A DNA stretch of 50,735 nucleotides from Gemmatimonadota bacterium (lineage in GTDB: Bacteria > Gemmatimonadota > Gemmatimonadetes > Gemmatimonadales > GWC2-71-9): the NCBI GenBank assembly GCA_016199245.1, contig JACQHC010000150.1:1-50735 (forward strand), in the 5' to 3' direction. Numbering within the stretch: position 1 is the stretch's first letter; the number at the start of each line of letters is the position of its first letter. The notes beneath the pieces are model-generated. The model made no database searches and had not been told where the DNA came from. It saw nothing but the letters and a program-made list of their open reading frames with translations. This document shows, piece after piece, positions 1-8,672 of this stretch. The translations under genes were made by a program, and so were the position numbers.

Positions 1-10
1 GCCTCCCGTC

Positions 11-60
11 ATTCGCTCACATCGCCCGACATCGCCTGCGATCGCCGGTCATCGCCTGGA
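11..60. repeat. 10-bp-period degenerate tandem repeat (ATCGCC core)
   Basis: atcgcccgac atcgcctgcg atcgccggtc atcgcctgga at 21-60. Confidence 0.8.
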
Positions 61-113
61 CTTTTTCGTCGCCATCTTCGTCGTCCCTGCTCGGCCCATC
101 TTCACAACAAGCC

Positions 114-461
114 AGCCTGCGGCGCGAACTGCTTCCCTCAGGGATTCGAGTCGTGGTGATCCAGCCGGGCTCCATCATCACGCCAATCTGGGACAAGGTG
201 GCCACGATGGACCTCGAGCGGTACCGCCACACCGCCTACGCCCCGGTCCTGCCGCGCGTACTGGAACGCACTCTCCGGTCCGGACTGCGGGGCCTTCCGC
301 CGGAGGCCGTGGCGGACGCCGTGCTCACCGCCCTTACCACCTCGCGGCCGCCTACGCGCATGCTCGTGGTGCGACGCCCCTGGTTCACCTGGCTCATGCG
401 GGTACTGCCGGATTGGTGGGCTGACCGGATGGTGCGCAAGGCGGTGTGGGACATGAAATGA
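114..461 (+). pseudogene. C-terminal fragment of a short-chain dehydrogenase/reductase (SDR), 5' part disrupted or missing
   Basis: The frame reads SLRRELLPSGIRVVVIQPGSIITPIW...PPEAVADAVLTALT, typical of an SDR C-terminus. Upstream of 114 the same frame translates repeat DNA and lacks the YxxxK motif. Confidence 0.7.
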
Positions 462-467
462 GACCAG

Positions 468-2000
468 TTACGCCCGCCCCGCCGCGTACCGCGCGAGGAC
501 CCGGCCGCCATCCGTTCCGCGTTGGCGAGGATCGTGAGACTGGTGTTGACCACCAGCGACGTGGGGATCGCCGCACCATCCGCCACGTAGAGCCCGGGGT
601 AGTCGAACACTTCACCGTTCACGTTGACCACTCCCCGTGACTTCGTCTCAGCCATCCGGCACGAACCCACCTGATGCGCGGTGGAGAAATGCAAGTCGGC
701 GTGCGGCGCGCCTTCACCATTCACGAAATGCGTCTCAACCAGCCGGCACCCATTCCGGCTGAGGATGGACTGGAGCAGCCTCTTCGTCTCCCGGTAGTAC
801 TCGCGCAGGTCCGCCTCGACATTCAGATGAAGCCTCAGACCTCCGTTACCGTCGGCACTCAGGCGGCCGAGTGGAGGTGTCATGCCGAACGACACCAGCA
901 CCATCATGCGATGCCGGAACTGCCGCATCAGCTCGACATTGGGAGCGCCCCAGTGCCACGGCTCGCGTGCATCGCCGTCCAGCCGCAGCCGGGCCGCCGC
1001 GACCGCCTGCAGCGGCAACGGCTTCGCGGCGGTGATCGTGATGCCGCGCGAGCCAGGAACTCGTAGCTGATCATCCCGGGATGCGACCGCCCAGCGAACA
1101 TGTCCCCATCCGCAAAGCCGTCCGGGAGAATGCCGGCCGCCTTGACACTGCCGTTGAAGGCGATGTTCCTGCCGATCTGATCGCTCAGCCGGGGCAGCAG
1201 AGCGCGGGAGTTGAGGAGCAAAGACGCCGTACCCACGGTGCCCGCCGCCAGCACCAGGATCCTGGCGCGATAGCCGACCAGGTCGCGGGATCCCGTACGG
1301 CGTCGGCACGTGACCAGGTACCGGAACGGAAGATCGGCGATCGCTCCACCGCCAGGGACGTTCCCCGGCTCGCCGATCGGCGCGACCGCCCGGGCCTCGA
1401 GATCGGTTTCGATGACCGCCCCGGCAGCCACTGCTTGCGGCAAGTAGTTGAGAAGAAGCGACTGCTTCGCGCCATAGACGCACCCCGTGACACAGAATCC
1501 GCTGCCCAGGCATCCCTGGACGGCGTAGCGGGCCCGCTCGCACGAGTAGCCGAGGTTCTTCATGAGCAGGGAGAACACGAGACCACTCTTGGGAACGAGC
1601 GCGGCATCGATCTGCTCGACGCGCAGCATGCCCTCGGCCATCTCGTACCAGGGATCCATCCCCGCGCGGTCGAGCCCGGCCGGCCAGAGCTTCCCCCCGT
1701 TCTGGTCCGTGAGGTGGAACGCGCGCGTGACGGCGCGCGCAGCGAGACCATTTCATAGAATCCCGACCCGCCCCCCAACGCTTCCGCGTAGGTCAAGCTC
1801 AGGCGATCGCCTGACAGGCTCTTCAGGTACCGCAGCAGGTAGCTCGGATCCTGAGTTTGACGGAAGTCCGCGAGCGGGTTGATATGCGGGCCCTTTTCCA
1901 GGACCGTGACGCGGAATCCGGCTTCCGCCAACCGCAGGGCGAACGCCGCTCCGCCAAAGCCGCTACCGATGATCAGCACATCCGTATCGATCGTTCTCAC
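468..2000 (-). pseudogene. GMC-family (cholesterol oxidase-like) FAD oxidoreductase, split by three frameshifts
   Basis: GTG at 2000 after a GAGGAG SD; N-terminal DVLIIGSGFGG...VLEKG FAD motif. The middle part (GCLGSGFCVTGC...LAAGTVGT) and the C-terminus (HQVGSCRM...YPGLYVADGA) lie in three different ORFs. Shifts near 1720-1727, 1051 and 500 restore one frame ending at TAA 470-468. Confidence 0.8.
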
Positions 2001-2013
2001 GGCGCGCTCCTCT

Positions 2014-2628
2014 TCATGCCGGGTTGCCGTCCGCACTCACCGTGCGCGCCAGGAACCGCTGCGGGTTGGTATAGGTCGTCGCCGCGATCCCGCGGAACTG
2101 ATAGCGCCCCTCCCAGCCGATCAGCGGGCAGCCGCGTGTGTCTTCGTAGATGCCAGCGTAGTAGGCGATTTGCGTCAGGAAGATGGCGCCCCCATAGATC
2201 CGCGCGGTCGTGCCGCCTTCGGCCAGGCCCGCCTTGATCACCTCGGTTCGCTGAGCAGTGTCAAGCGCGTCGAACCGCGCCGTCCCGAACTGCCCCGCCG
2301 ACCGCTTGCACAAATCGGCTGCCAGGTACTCCGCACAGCGCGCCAGCGGGAACGCCGGATCGGTCAGCGCCCTGGTCAGATGGGGCTCGTGGGCGTCCGC
2401 GCCGGGAATCACGGCCGTCACGAACGCTGCGAGGATGAGCCTGGTCAGTTCCGGGGATTCATCGAAGTCTTCGGGGTACAGGTGCAGCACGACGCGCATC
2501 GGCGTACACCCCACCGCCGCGAGCCCCACACCGGCAATCGCCAGGCGGCGCAGCGCCGCTCGGCGATCGAGCGGCGGCTCGGACGGCCAATCGGTCAGCC
2601 GCAGCAGGTCCATCGGGGTCTCGAGCAT
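2014..2628 (-). CDS. Gluconate 2-dehydrogenase subunit 3-like protein with Tat (lipo)protein signal
   Basis: DRRAALRRLAIAGVGLAAVGC twin-Arg signal and lipobox; TAVIPGA and FDALDTAQRTEVI motifs; lies directly upstream of the GMC gene. Start could be 2628 or 2613. Confidence 0.6.
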   Translation of the reverse strand: MLETPMDLLRLTDWPSEPPLDRRAALRRLAIAGVGLAAVGCTPMRVVLHLYPEDFDESPELTRLILAAFVTAVIPGADAHEPHLTRALTDPAFPLARCAEYLAADLCKRSAGQFGTARFDALDTAQRTEVIKAGLAEGGTTARIYGGAIFLTQIAYYAGIYEDTRGCPLIGWEGRYQFRGIAATTYTNPQRFLARTVSADGNPA

Positions 2629-2675
2629 ACGAGCCAACGATGGACCGCTCGCCGCAAGCAACCGTCAAGGCGCCC

Positions 2676-2710
2676 GGAAAACAAAAAGCCCGGGTCACGC
2701 TACCCGGGCC
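2676..2710 (-). terminator. Rho-independent terminator downstream of the acyl-CoA dehydrogenase
   Basis: Minus strand reads GCCCGGGT-agcgtg-ACCCGGGC followed by TTTTTGTTTT. Confidence 0.8.
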
Positions 2711-2723
2711 TGGTTGCCAGCGC

Positions 2724-2822
2724 CGCCGTTCGTCGCCTGCTATCGCCGCTCTCCTCGTCTTGCCTCGTTGACCCTCGCCTTTCCTCTTCCCTTCGTGGGC
2801 CTCCGTCTCCCTGCGTCGCCAC
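2724..2822. repeat. Degenerate 10-bp-period repeat (TCGCC/CCTCG core)
   Basis: cgtcgcctgc tatcgccgct ... cctcgtcttg cctcgttgac cctcgccttt cctcttccct, directly after the 2824 stop. Confidence 0.55.
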
Positions 2823-2823
2823 C

Positions 2824-4008
2824 TCACCCCCCAAACGCGTTCAGCCCCGTAATCGCCTGGCCCAGGACGAGCGTGTGGATGTCGTGCGTTCCTTCGTAGG
2901 TGTACACGCTTTCCAGGTTGGCGAGGTGCCGCATCGCCTGGTATTCGGCCAGGATGCCGTTGGCGCCCAGCAACCGCCGCGTCTCCCGCGCGACCTCGGT
3001 GGCCATGTCCACGTTGTTCCGCTTGGCCAATGACACCTGTTCCGGCGTCATCGTGCCGCGGTCCTTGAGCCGGCCGAGCTGCACGCACAATAGTTGCCCC
3101 TTCGTGATTTCCGTCAGCATTTCGACGAGACGCGCTTGTTGCAACTGGTAGCCGCCGATCGGCCGGTCGAACATGACGCGGTTCTTGGCATACGTCACCG
3201 CCTCTTCGTAACACGCCATCGCCGCGCCGACCGACCCCCAGGCGATGCCGTAGCGCGCCTGCGTGAGGCACATCAGCGGGCTCTTCACGCCGCTCGACTT
3301 CGGCAGCAGGGCGTCTTTCGGGAGCCGCACGTCCTCGAGCACCAACTCACTCGTGTCGCTGGCCCGCAGCGAGAGCTTGCCTTTCTGGTCTTTCGCCGTG
3401 AATCCCTTCACGTCCGTGGGCACGATGAAGCCGCGAATGGATTTCGGGTCGTCAATCGCGCCGGTCTTCGCCCAGATGATGGCGACGTGCGCCGTGGACC
3501 CGTTGGTGATCCACATCTTGGCGCCGTTCAACACCCATCCGTCCGACGTCTCTTTCGCCGTGGTGATCAGGCCGCCGGGATTCGACCCGTAGTCGGGCTC
3601 GGTCAGTCCGAAACACCCGACGGCCTCGCCACGCGCGAGCCGTGGCAGCCAGCAGCGTCGCTGGTCCTCGCTCCCGAGCGCGTAGATGGGATACATGACC
3701 AGCGCGCCCTGCACCGACGCGAACGAGCGCACACCAGAATCGCCGCGTTCGAGCTCCTGCATGATGAGCCCGTAGGCCACGTTGTTTAGGCCGGCGCATT
3801 CGTACTCCTCCGGCAGGTTCGCGCCAAACACGCCCAGTTGAGCCAGTTCGGGCACCAGCTGGAGGGGAAACTTCCCCTGGACGTAGTGTTCCCCGATGAT
3901 CGGGAGCACCTCGTCGTCCACCCAGCGACGCACGGTGTCGCGCACGGCGCGCTCGTCGTCTGAGAGCAGCGAATCGATCTCGTAGAAATCAACACCCTGG
4001 AAAGCCAT
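2824..4008 (-). CDS. gcdH: Acyl-CoA dehydrogenase, glutaryl-CoA dehydrogenase-like
   Basis: GCFGLTEPDYGSNPG, LNGAKMWITNG, GLIMQELERGDSG and NLESVYTYEGTHDIH motifs. Confidence 0.85.
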   Translation of the reverse strand: MAFQGVDFYEIDSLLSDDERAVRDTVRRWVDDEVLPIIGEHYVQGKFPLQLVPELAQLGVFGANLPEEYECAGLNNVAYGLIMQELERGDSGVRSFASVQGALVMYPIYALGSEDQRRCWLPRLARGEAVGCFGLTEPDYGSNPGGLITTAKETSDGWVLNGAKMWITNGSTAHVAIIWAKTGAIDDPKSIRGFIVPTDVKGFTAKDQKGKLSLRASDTSELVLEDVRLPKDALLPKSSGVKSPLMCLTQARYGIAWGSVGAAMACYEEAVTYAKNRVMFDRPIGGYQLQQARLVEMLTEITKGQLLCVQLGRLKDRGTMTPEQVSLAKRNNVDMATEVARETRRLLGANGILAEYQAMRHLANLESVYTYEGTHDIHTLVLGQAITGLNAFGG

Positions 4009-4014
4009 GATTCC

Positions 4015-4656
4015 TCACATGTCAGGCGTGCGCCACGCCCGGGGCTCGATGCCGAGCGCCTCAGCCTGGCGACGGAAGGCCGGCCCGTGATCCGCCGGCA
4101 GCCCGGCCTCGGTTTGCCACTGGTGCACCATCTCGTGCAACAGGGTCTGGGCCACTTCATCCCAACCGTCGCGCCGGAGGTGACGTCGGGAAATCACGAT
4201 GCAAACGGCGCGGCCCGTCCCGTCCTCCAACAGCAGCTCACCCAGTCTCGTGCGCATGCGATGCGATAGCCGGACGGGAATGAACCGCAGCCGACCCGCG
4301 AATCGCTCCCGGTTCAAGTGCGCGTGCAGCCGCTCGAGTCGCTCGACGGGCGCGGCATCGCCAGCCCGCAGCCGTGGCACACGCGTCTGTCGCGGTCCAG
4401 CGTGGGCGATGGGGAACGCCAGCAGCCGGCGTCGCGCCTCCGAGCGCCGCGCGCGGGGCGTTCGCGGCCGGACGAAGTCCACGATGGCCCGCAGCACGTC
4501 GCCCGGCGCGGCGGCGTATCCGCGGTGTACGCGCAGCACATGGCCCCGCGTCACCGACACCATGACCGAGCGGTTGTCGTGCGCCACCACGCTTCGGACG
4601 CCGTCGAGGCCCGCGGCCCGCAATCGCCGTTCCAGCAGGTCGAGATCAGGCTGCAT
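4015..4656 (-). CDS. SprT-like zinc metalloprotease domain protein
   Basis: TLLHEMVHQW HExxH motif plus a downstream DHGPAFR. The ATG at 4656 overlaps the upstream stop. Confidence 0.8.
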   Translation of the reverse strand: MQPDLDLLERRLRAAGLDGVRSVVAHDNRSVMVSVTRGHVLRVHRGYAAAPGDVLRAIVDFVRPRTPRARRSEARRRLLAFPIAHAGPRQTRVPRLRAGDAAPVERLERLHAHLNRERFAGRLRFIPVRLSHRMRTRLGELLLEDGTGRAVCIVISRRHLRRDGWDEVAQTLLHEMVHQWQTEAGLPADHGPAFRRQAEALGIEPRAWRTPDM

Positions 4657-5497
4657 CGACTGGCGCAGCCTCTGCTCGGCGCACGCGCGTGAAGGCGTGA
4701 ACGTCCGACCGCCGGAATGTCCGGCGATCCACCACCCAGCGATAGAACTCCACGTGGATCGCCTCCTCATCCACGATGATCCGGTTGAACACCGGCGGCC
4801 GGCCCCCGCGCGAGCCGCGTGACAGCGTCCCGGCGCAGGAGACGACGATCCTCCGCTCCAGCAAGTCCGCCTGTTCCTGGTGGTCGTGTCCGCACAGAAC
4901 GATGTCGGCGCCGCACGCGGCGATGCGCCGCTGCGCCTGCCGCCATCGCGCGAGCCCCATCCGGCGCGACAGCTCTCCGCGCAGGACGTTGTGATGCAAC
5001 ACCAGGACCCGGACCTGCTCGGGACGCGCTCCCGCGAACACGGACCGCACGCGCCGCACCTCGCGTCCGGGCAGGTGTCCCTTCACCGCGATGTCACGAA
5101 CGCGCGGGGTGAGGGACCCCCAGGCCATCCCGTGCGCGGTGACCGCGCCGGCCACCACAGCCTCGGGGAACGAGAGGGTTGGCGCCAGCACGGGCCCGAA
5201 GTATGAGCGGAACTTCGCGTATTTCGCCGCTGCCCCGAACGGCAGGAACGGCCGCCACCACCACTGCACGTCGTGGTTGCCCGGGACCACGTACACCGGC
5301 GCCGTCCGCTCCAGCTCGCGCACAAGCCCGCGGCCGGCCTGCAACTCACCATGACGCGCGCGCTGGGACACGTCGCCCGACAGCACGATGCAGCGCGGGT
5401 CCAGATCCGGCACCAGCGCCTCCACGGCCTCGATCAGCGCTACGTCGGCCTTGCCGCCGAAGTGCGTGTCGGAGAGATGGACGATGCTGAAACTCAT
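4646..5497 (-). CDS. Calcineurin-like metallophosphoesterase (CpdA-like)
   Basis: HLSDTHFG, LSGDVS, PGNHDV, LHHN and CGHDH motifs. Confidence 0.9.
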   Translation of the reverse strand: MSFSIVHLSDTHFGGKADVALIEAVEALVPDLDPRCIVLSGDVSQRARHGELQAGRGLVRELERTAPVYVVPGNHDVQWWWRPFLPFGAAAKYAKFRSYFGPVLAPTLSFPEAVVAGAVTAHGMAWGSLTPRVRDIAVKGHLPGREVRRVRSVFAGARPEQVRVLVLHHNVLRGELSRRMGLARWRQAQRRIAACGADIVLCGHDHQEQADLLERRIVVSCAGTLSRGSRGGRPPVFNRIIVDEEAIHVEFYRWVVDRRTFRRSDVHAFTRVRRAEAAPVDAA

Positions 5498-5520
5498 GCC
5501 CCCCACCTCACCGCACTCAC

Positions 5521-5626
5521 GCGGCGATGACAGGCGATCACAGGCGACGACAGGCGACGTCGGCCTGCAGCGCTCCATCGGATGCCACATCGCCCGCCAT
5601 CGCCCGTCATCGCCTGACGTCGGCCG
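5521..5626. repeat. Inverted pair of 10-bp-period arrays (GGCGAT x4 / ATCGCC x3-4)
   Basis: gcggcgatga caggcgatca caggcgacga caggcgacgt ... acatcgcccg ccatcgcccg tcatcgcctg acgtcggcc. Confidence 0.85.
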
Positions 5627-5630
5627 GCCT

Positions 5631-5942
5631 TCACGGCAGTAACTCCCGCGCCGCCCGCCGCACGACCATCCCGCTCAGCAGGTACCAGATTGCCACCGCC
5701 ATCGCGCTCACCAGGCGGCCGCGCGGGTCCGGCGGGAGCCGGAGCAGCACGTACACCACCAGCAGCGCCGTGGTGGCCGCGGCGACCAGATGACCGAGTC
5801 TCCGCGCCCGGCGCTCGATCTCCTGGCGGCACTCGCGGCACACGGCGCCGAACGGCAAGTCCACGGGCCGGTGGCAACGCGGACACTCCTTCTCACGCCA
5901 GGCGCTGAGTAACGGCGTCGGCGAACTCCATCGTCGTTGCAT
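5631..5942 (-). CDS. Small membrane protein with N-terminal CxxC-CxxC zinc ribbon
   Basis: CPRC-x10-CREC followed by two hydrophobic helices. Start is uncertain; ATG 5942 overlaps the 3' end of the dehydrogenase gene. Confidence 0.6.
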   Translation of the reverse strand: MQRRWSSPTPLLSAWREKECPRCHRPVDLPFGAVCRECRQEIERRARRLGHLVAAATTALLVVYVLLRLPPDPRGRLVSAMAVAIWYLLSGMVVRRAARELLP

Positions 5943-6909
5943 GACCTCCGAGATCCTTGGTCCGAATCCCGTCCGTCCGGATCGTGTGCGCGAGGGCCTC
6001 ACGCATGCGCCCGGCACGGGGCGCCTCGCCGACATGGTCGAGCATCATGGCCGCGGCGAGGATGAGCGCGGACGGGTTGGCGATCCCGCGTCCCGCGATG
6101 TCGGGCGCGGACCCGTGAACCGCCTCGAAGATCGCCGCCCGCTGGCCGATGTTCCCGCCGGGCGCGAGGCCCAGCCCGCCGACCAGCCCCGCGATCTCGT
6201 CGCTCAGAATATCGCCGAACATATTCGTCGTGACGATGACGTCGAACTGCGAAGGATCGAGCACCAACTTCATCGCGCACGCATCGATGATCATGTCGTC
6301 GACGGCCACGCGTCCCTCGTAGCCGCGGGAGACGTCACGCCCCACCTCGAGGAATAACCCGCTCACCGCCTTGAGGATGTTGGCTTTGTGCACGATCGTG
6401 ACTTTGCGCCGTCCGTTCGTGAGCGCGTACTCGAACGCGTATCGCACGATCCGCTCGCACCCGTGTCGCGTGACGACCGCGAGTGACTGAGCCACCGCTT
6501 TCGGGTCGCCATCCACCGGGATGTGCGCCTCGAACCCCACGTACAGCCCTTCGGTGTTCTCGCGTACCAGCACGATGTCCACGCCGTCATACCGGCCGCC
6601 CGGGACGATGGAGGTCGTGGGCCGTACGTTGGCGTACAGGTCGAACTCTCGCCGCAGCGCCACGTTCACCGAACGGAAGCCGGTGCCCACCGGCGTCGTC
6701 AGCGGGCCCTTGAGCGCCAGGCCCGTGTGGCGAATGCTCTCCACCGTCGCGTCGGGCAGCGGCGTCCCGGCGTCGTTCAGCGCGGCCACGCCGCCCAGCT
6801 GCTCGTCCCACTCGAAGCTCGCGCCTGCTGCCGCCATCACGCGCAACGTCGCTTCCATGATTTCCGGGCCGATGCCGTCTCCCCGGATCAACGTGGCGCG
6901 GTGGGTCAT
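5893..6909 (-). CDS. Isocitrate/isopropylmalate dehydrogenase family protein (NAD-dependent IDH-like)
   Basis: GDGIGPEI, LKGPLTTPVGTGFRSVNVALR, RENTEGLY, NMFGDILSD and FEAVHGSAPDIAG motifs. Confidence 0.9.
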   Translation of the reverse strand: MTHRATLIRGDGIGPEIMEATLRVMAAAGASFEWDEQLGGVAALNDAGTPLPDATVESIRHTGLALKGPLTTPVGTGFRSVNVALRREFDLYANVRPTTSIVPGGRYDGVDIVLVRENTEGLYVGFEAHIPVDGDPKAVAQSLAVVTRHGCERIVRYAFEYALTNGRRKVTIVHKANILKAVSGLFLEVGRDVSRGYEGRVAVDDMIIDACAMKLVLDPSQFDVIVTTNMFGDILSDEIAGLVGGLGLAPGGNIGQRAAIFEAVHGSAPDIAGRGIANPSALILAAAMMLDHVGEAPRAGRMREALAHTIRTDGIRTKDLGGHATTMEFADAVTQRLA

Positions 6910-7547
6910 GGCAGTCCCGGCGTGAGCGCGCGAACGGCACGTCGCAAGGCGTCCCACGGATCGGACGCCTCGGCCCGTGCCACGGTGCGCCAGCCCACCA
7001 TGCCCGTGCGGACGTCAGCGAGCGCGACGGTGAGCTCGGCCCGGCCCGCGTCCTGCGACCCCGGCACGAACACAAGCGCGGCCGGGACCATGGCATACCG
7101 CTCGCCGGTGGCGGCGGTGAGCGTGCGCATCTGGCTCCACAGCGGATCGGGAATCTGCCGGAGCGACGGGGCTCGAAGCAGCGCGGTGGCCATCTGGTCC
7201 GGGTCGGCGAACACCCCGGCCCCGCGCCGCGCCGCCTGACGGAGCTGAGCGGGCGTTACCCACGCTACCTCCGGCACTCGTTCCTTCAGGTTTTCCGTGA
7301 GCAGGGAGTCGGCCCGGTCGAGTGCGACGCGGCGCGGACCCACCGCCTCGCTCCACGAGAGGGCCTCGTCGGTCGCCACGAGCGTCAACGGAAAGATAAC
7401 CACCTTCTGGCCCGCCAGCCCGGCGGTGGGGAGCGGCGCCGTCGGCGTAGGGAGACCGTCAGCCGGCCTGGCTCCGCCACAGCCGCCCGCGCAGGCAGCG
7501 CCGCCCAGGACGGCGGCGGCTCCGAACCAACTCCGTGAAACTCGCAA
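6906..7547 (-). CDS. Hypothetical lipoprotein
   Basis: N-terminal hydrophobic stretch with lipobox-like GAAC/AGGC; its stop overlaps the next ATG. Confidence 0.65.
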   Translation of the reverse strand: MRVSRSWFGAAAVLGGAACAGGCGGARPADGLPTPTAPLPTAGLAGQKVVIFPLTLVATDEALSWSEAVGPRRVALDRADSLLTENLKERVPEVAWVTPAQLRQAARRGAGVFADPDQMATALLRAPSLRQIPDPLWSQMRTLTAATGERYAMVPAALVFVPGSQDAGRAELTVALADVRTGMVGWRTVARAEASDPWDALRRAVRALTPGLP

Positions 7548-7603
7548 GTGTCCGGGAACTTAAGGGCCCATTGGCGGCGGGCAAAGGCCGCGGGGGCCGC
7601 GGG

Positions 7604-8359
7604 CTACGCGAGCGTCAATCCACCATCGACCAGAATCACCTGCCCGGTGATGTGCCGCGCCTCTTCCGAGCAGAGAAAGGCGACGACGTTCGCGACGTCC
7701 TCGGGCTCGGCAACGCGATTGAGCAGCGATTCCTTCTCCGCCCGCTCGACCACTTCCGGCGGGAGCTTCGAGAGCATCTCCGTGCGCACGAAGCCCGGCG
7801 CCACGGCGTTCACGTTGATGTTCGAAGGACCCAGGTCCACGGCCGCCGAGCGCGTGAGGCCAACCAGGGCCGCCTTGCTCGCGGCGTAGTTTGCGATGCC
7901 GAAGCCGGGCGTGTACGCCTGGTGGGAGGCCACGTTCACGATCTTGCCGTAGCGTTGTTTCCGCAACGTCGGCGCCACGGACCGGATGCAGTGGAACGCG
8001 CCGGTCACGTTCGTGTCCAGCACCTCGCGCCAAGCCGCGTCCGTGAGCCGCCACAGCGCGCCGTCATGCGCGATGCCCGCGTTATTCACGAGGTAGTGCA
8101 CGCCGCCAAGCTCGCCCTTCACCGCCGCGACGAACCTCTCGACGGCCGCGGAATCGCGCACATCGCATGCGGCGCCGTACACACCGACACCGAACGCCCG
8201 GAGGGCGGTTTCGGTCAGCAGGGCTTGCGCGCTGATGTCGCGATCGGGCACGTGCAGGTAGTTGAACGCGACGTTCACGCCGCGGCGGGCGAACTCCAGC
8301 GCAATCGCGCGTCCCAACCCGGTGGCGCCGCCCGTGACGATGGCGACGCTCCCCTTCAT
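7604..8359 (-). CDS. SDR family oxidoreductase (FabG/acetoacetyl-CoA reductase-like)
   Basis: TGGATGLG, NNAGI, YAASK and NAVAPGF motifs. The start may extend to GTG 8380. Confidence 0.9.
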   Translation of the reverse strand: MKGSVAIVTGGATGLGRAIALEFARRGVNVAFNYLHVPDRDISAQALLTETALRAFGVGVYGAACDVRDSAAVERFVAAVKGELGGVHYLVNNAGIAHDGALWRLTDAAWREVLDTNVTGAFHCIRSVAPTLRKQRYGKIVNVASHQAYTPGFGIANYAASKAALVGLTRSAAVDLGPSNINVNAVAPGFVRTEMLSKLPPEVVERAEKESLLNRVAEPEDVANVVAFLCSEEARHITGQVILVDGGLTLA

Positions 8360-8537
8360 CTCCCGCGGCACCGTCGGCACGGGCTCGGCCTTGGGGGCCA
8401 GCGTCGCCCCCGACGCCCGCCCGCCGCGCGAGGCGCCAAACAAGGGCGAACCAGAGCCGGAGAATGGAATGGCGCTCTGCCGGGTGGAGAGGGAGCACGA
8501 ACGTACGCCGCGCGACCGGTGAAGGCAACCACTCAGA

Positions 8538-8626
8538 GGCCGATCAGGGACGATTAGGGGCGATCGAAGGCGACGAGGCGCAACAGGTTCGCCCCAGATC
8601 GCCCTCGATCGTCGCTGATCGACCCC
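8538..8626. repeat. Inverted pair of 10-bp-period arrays (CGAT/ATCG core) in a divergent promoter region
   Basis: gatcagggacgattaggggcgatcgaaggcga against tcgccccagatcgccctcgatcgtcgctgatc is an imperfect inverted repeat. Confidence 0.8.
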
Positions 8627-8672
8627 GTAAGGGTTGCCCCACCCGCACGGAGACGCCATTCTCTACCCCACT

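Noticed and set aside
100-116. Integron attC core site
   Set aside because: GTTGTGA does not fit GTTRRRY, and there is no inverse core or integrase.
468-2000. Programmed ribosomal frameshifting in the GMC gene
   Set aside because: There are three separate shifts with no slippery heptamer; error or decay is more parsimonious.
8405-8530. Hairpins upstream of the SDR as a riboswitch
   Set aside because: Short GC-rich stems with no recognisable aptamer consensus.
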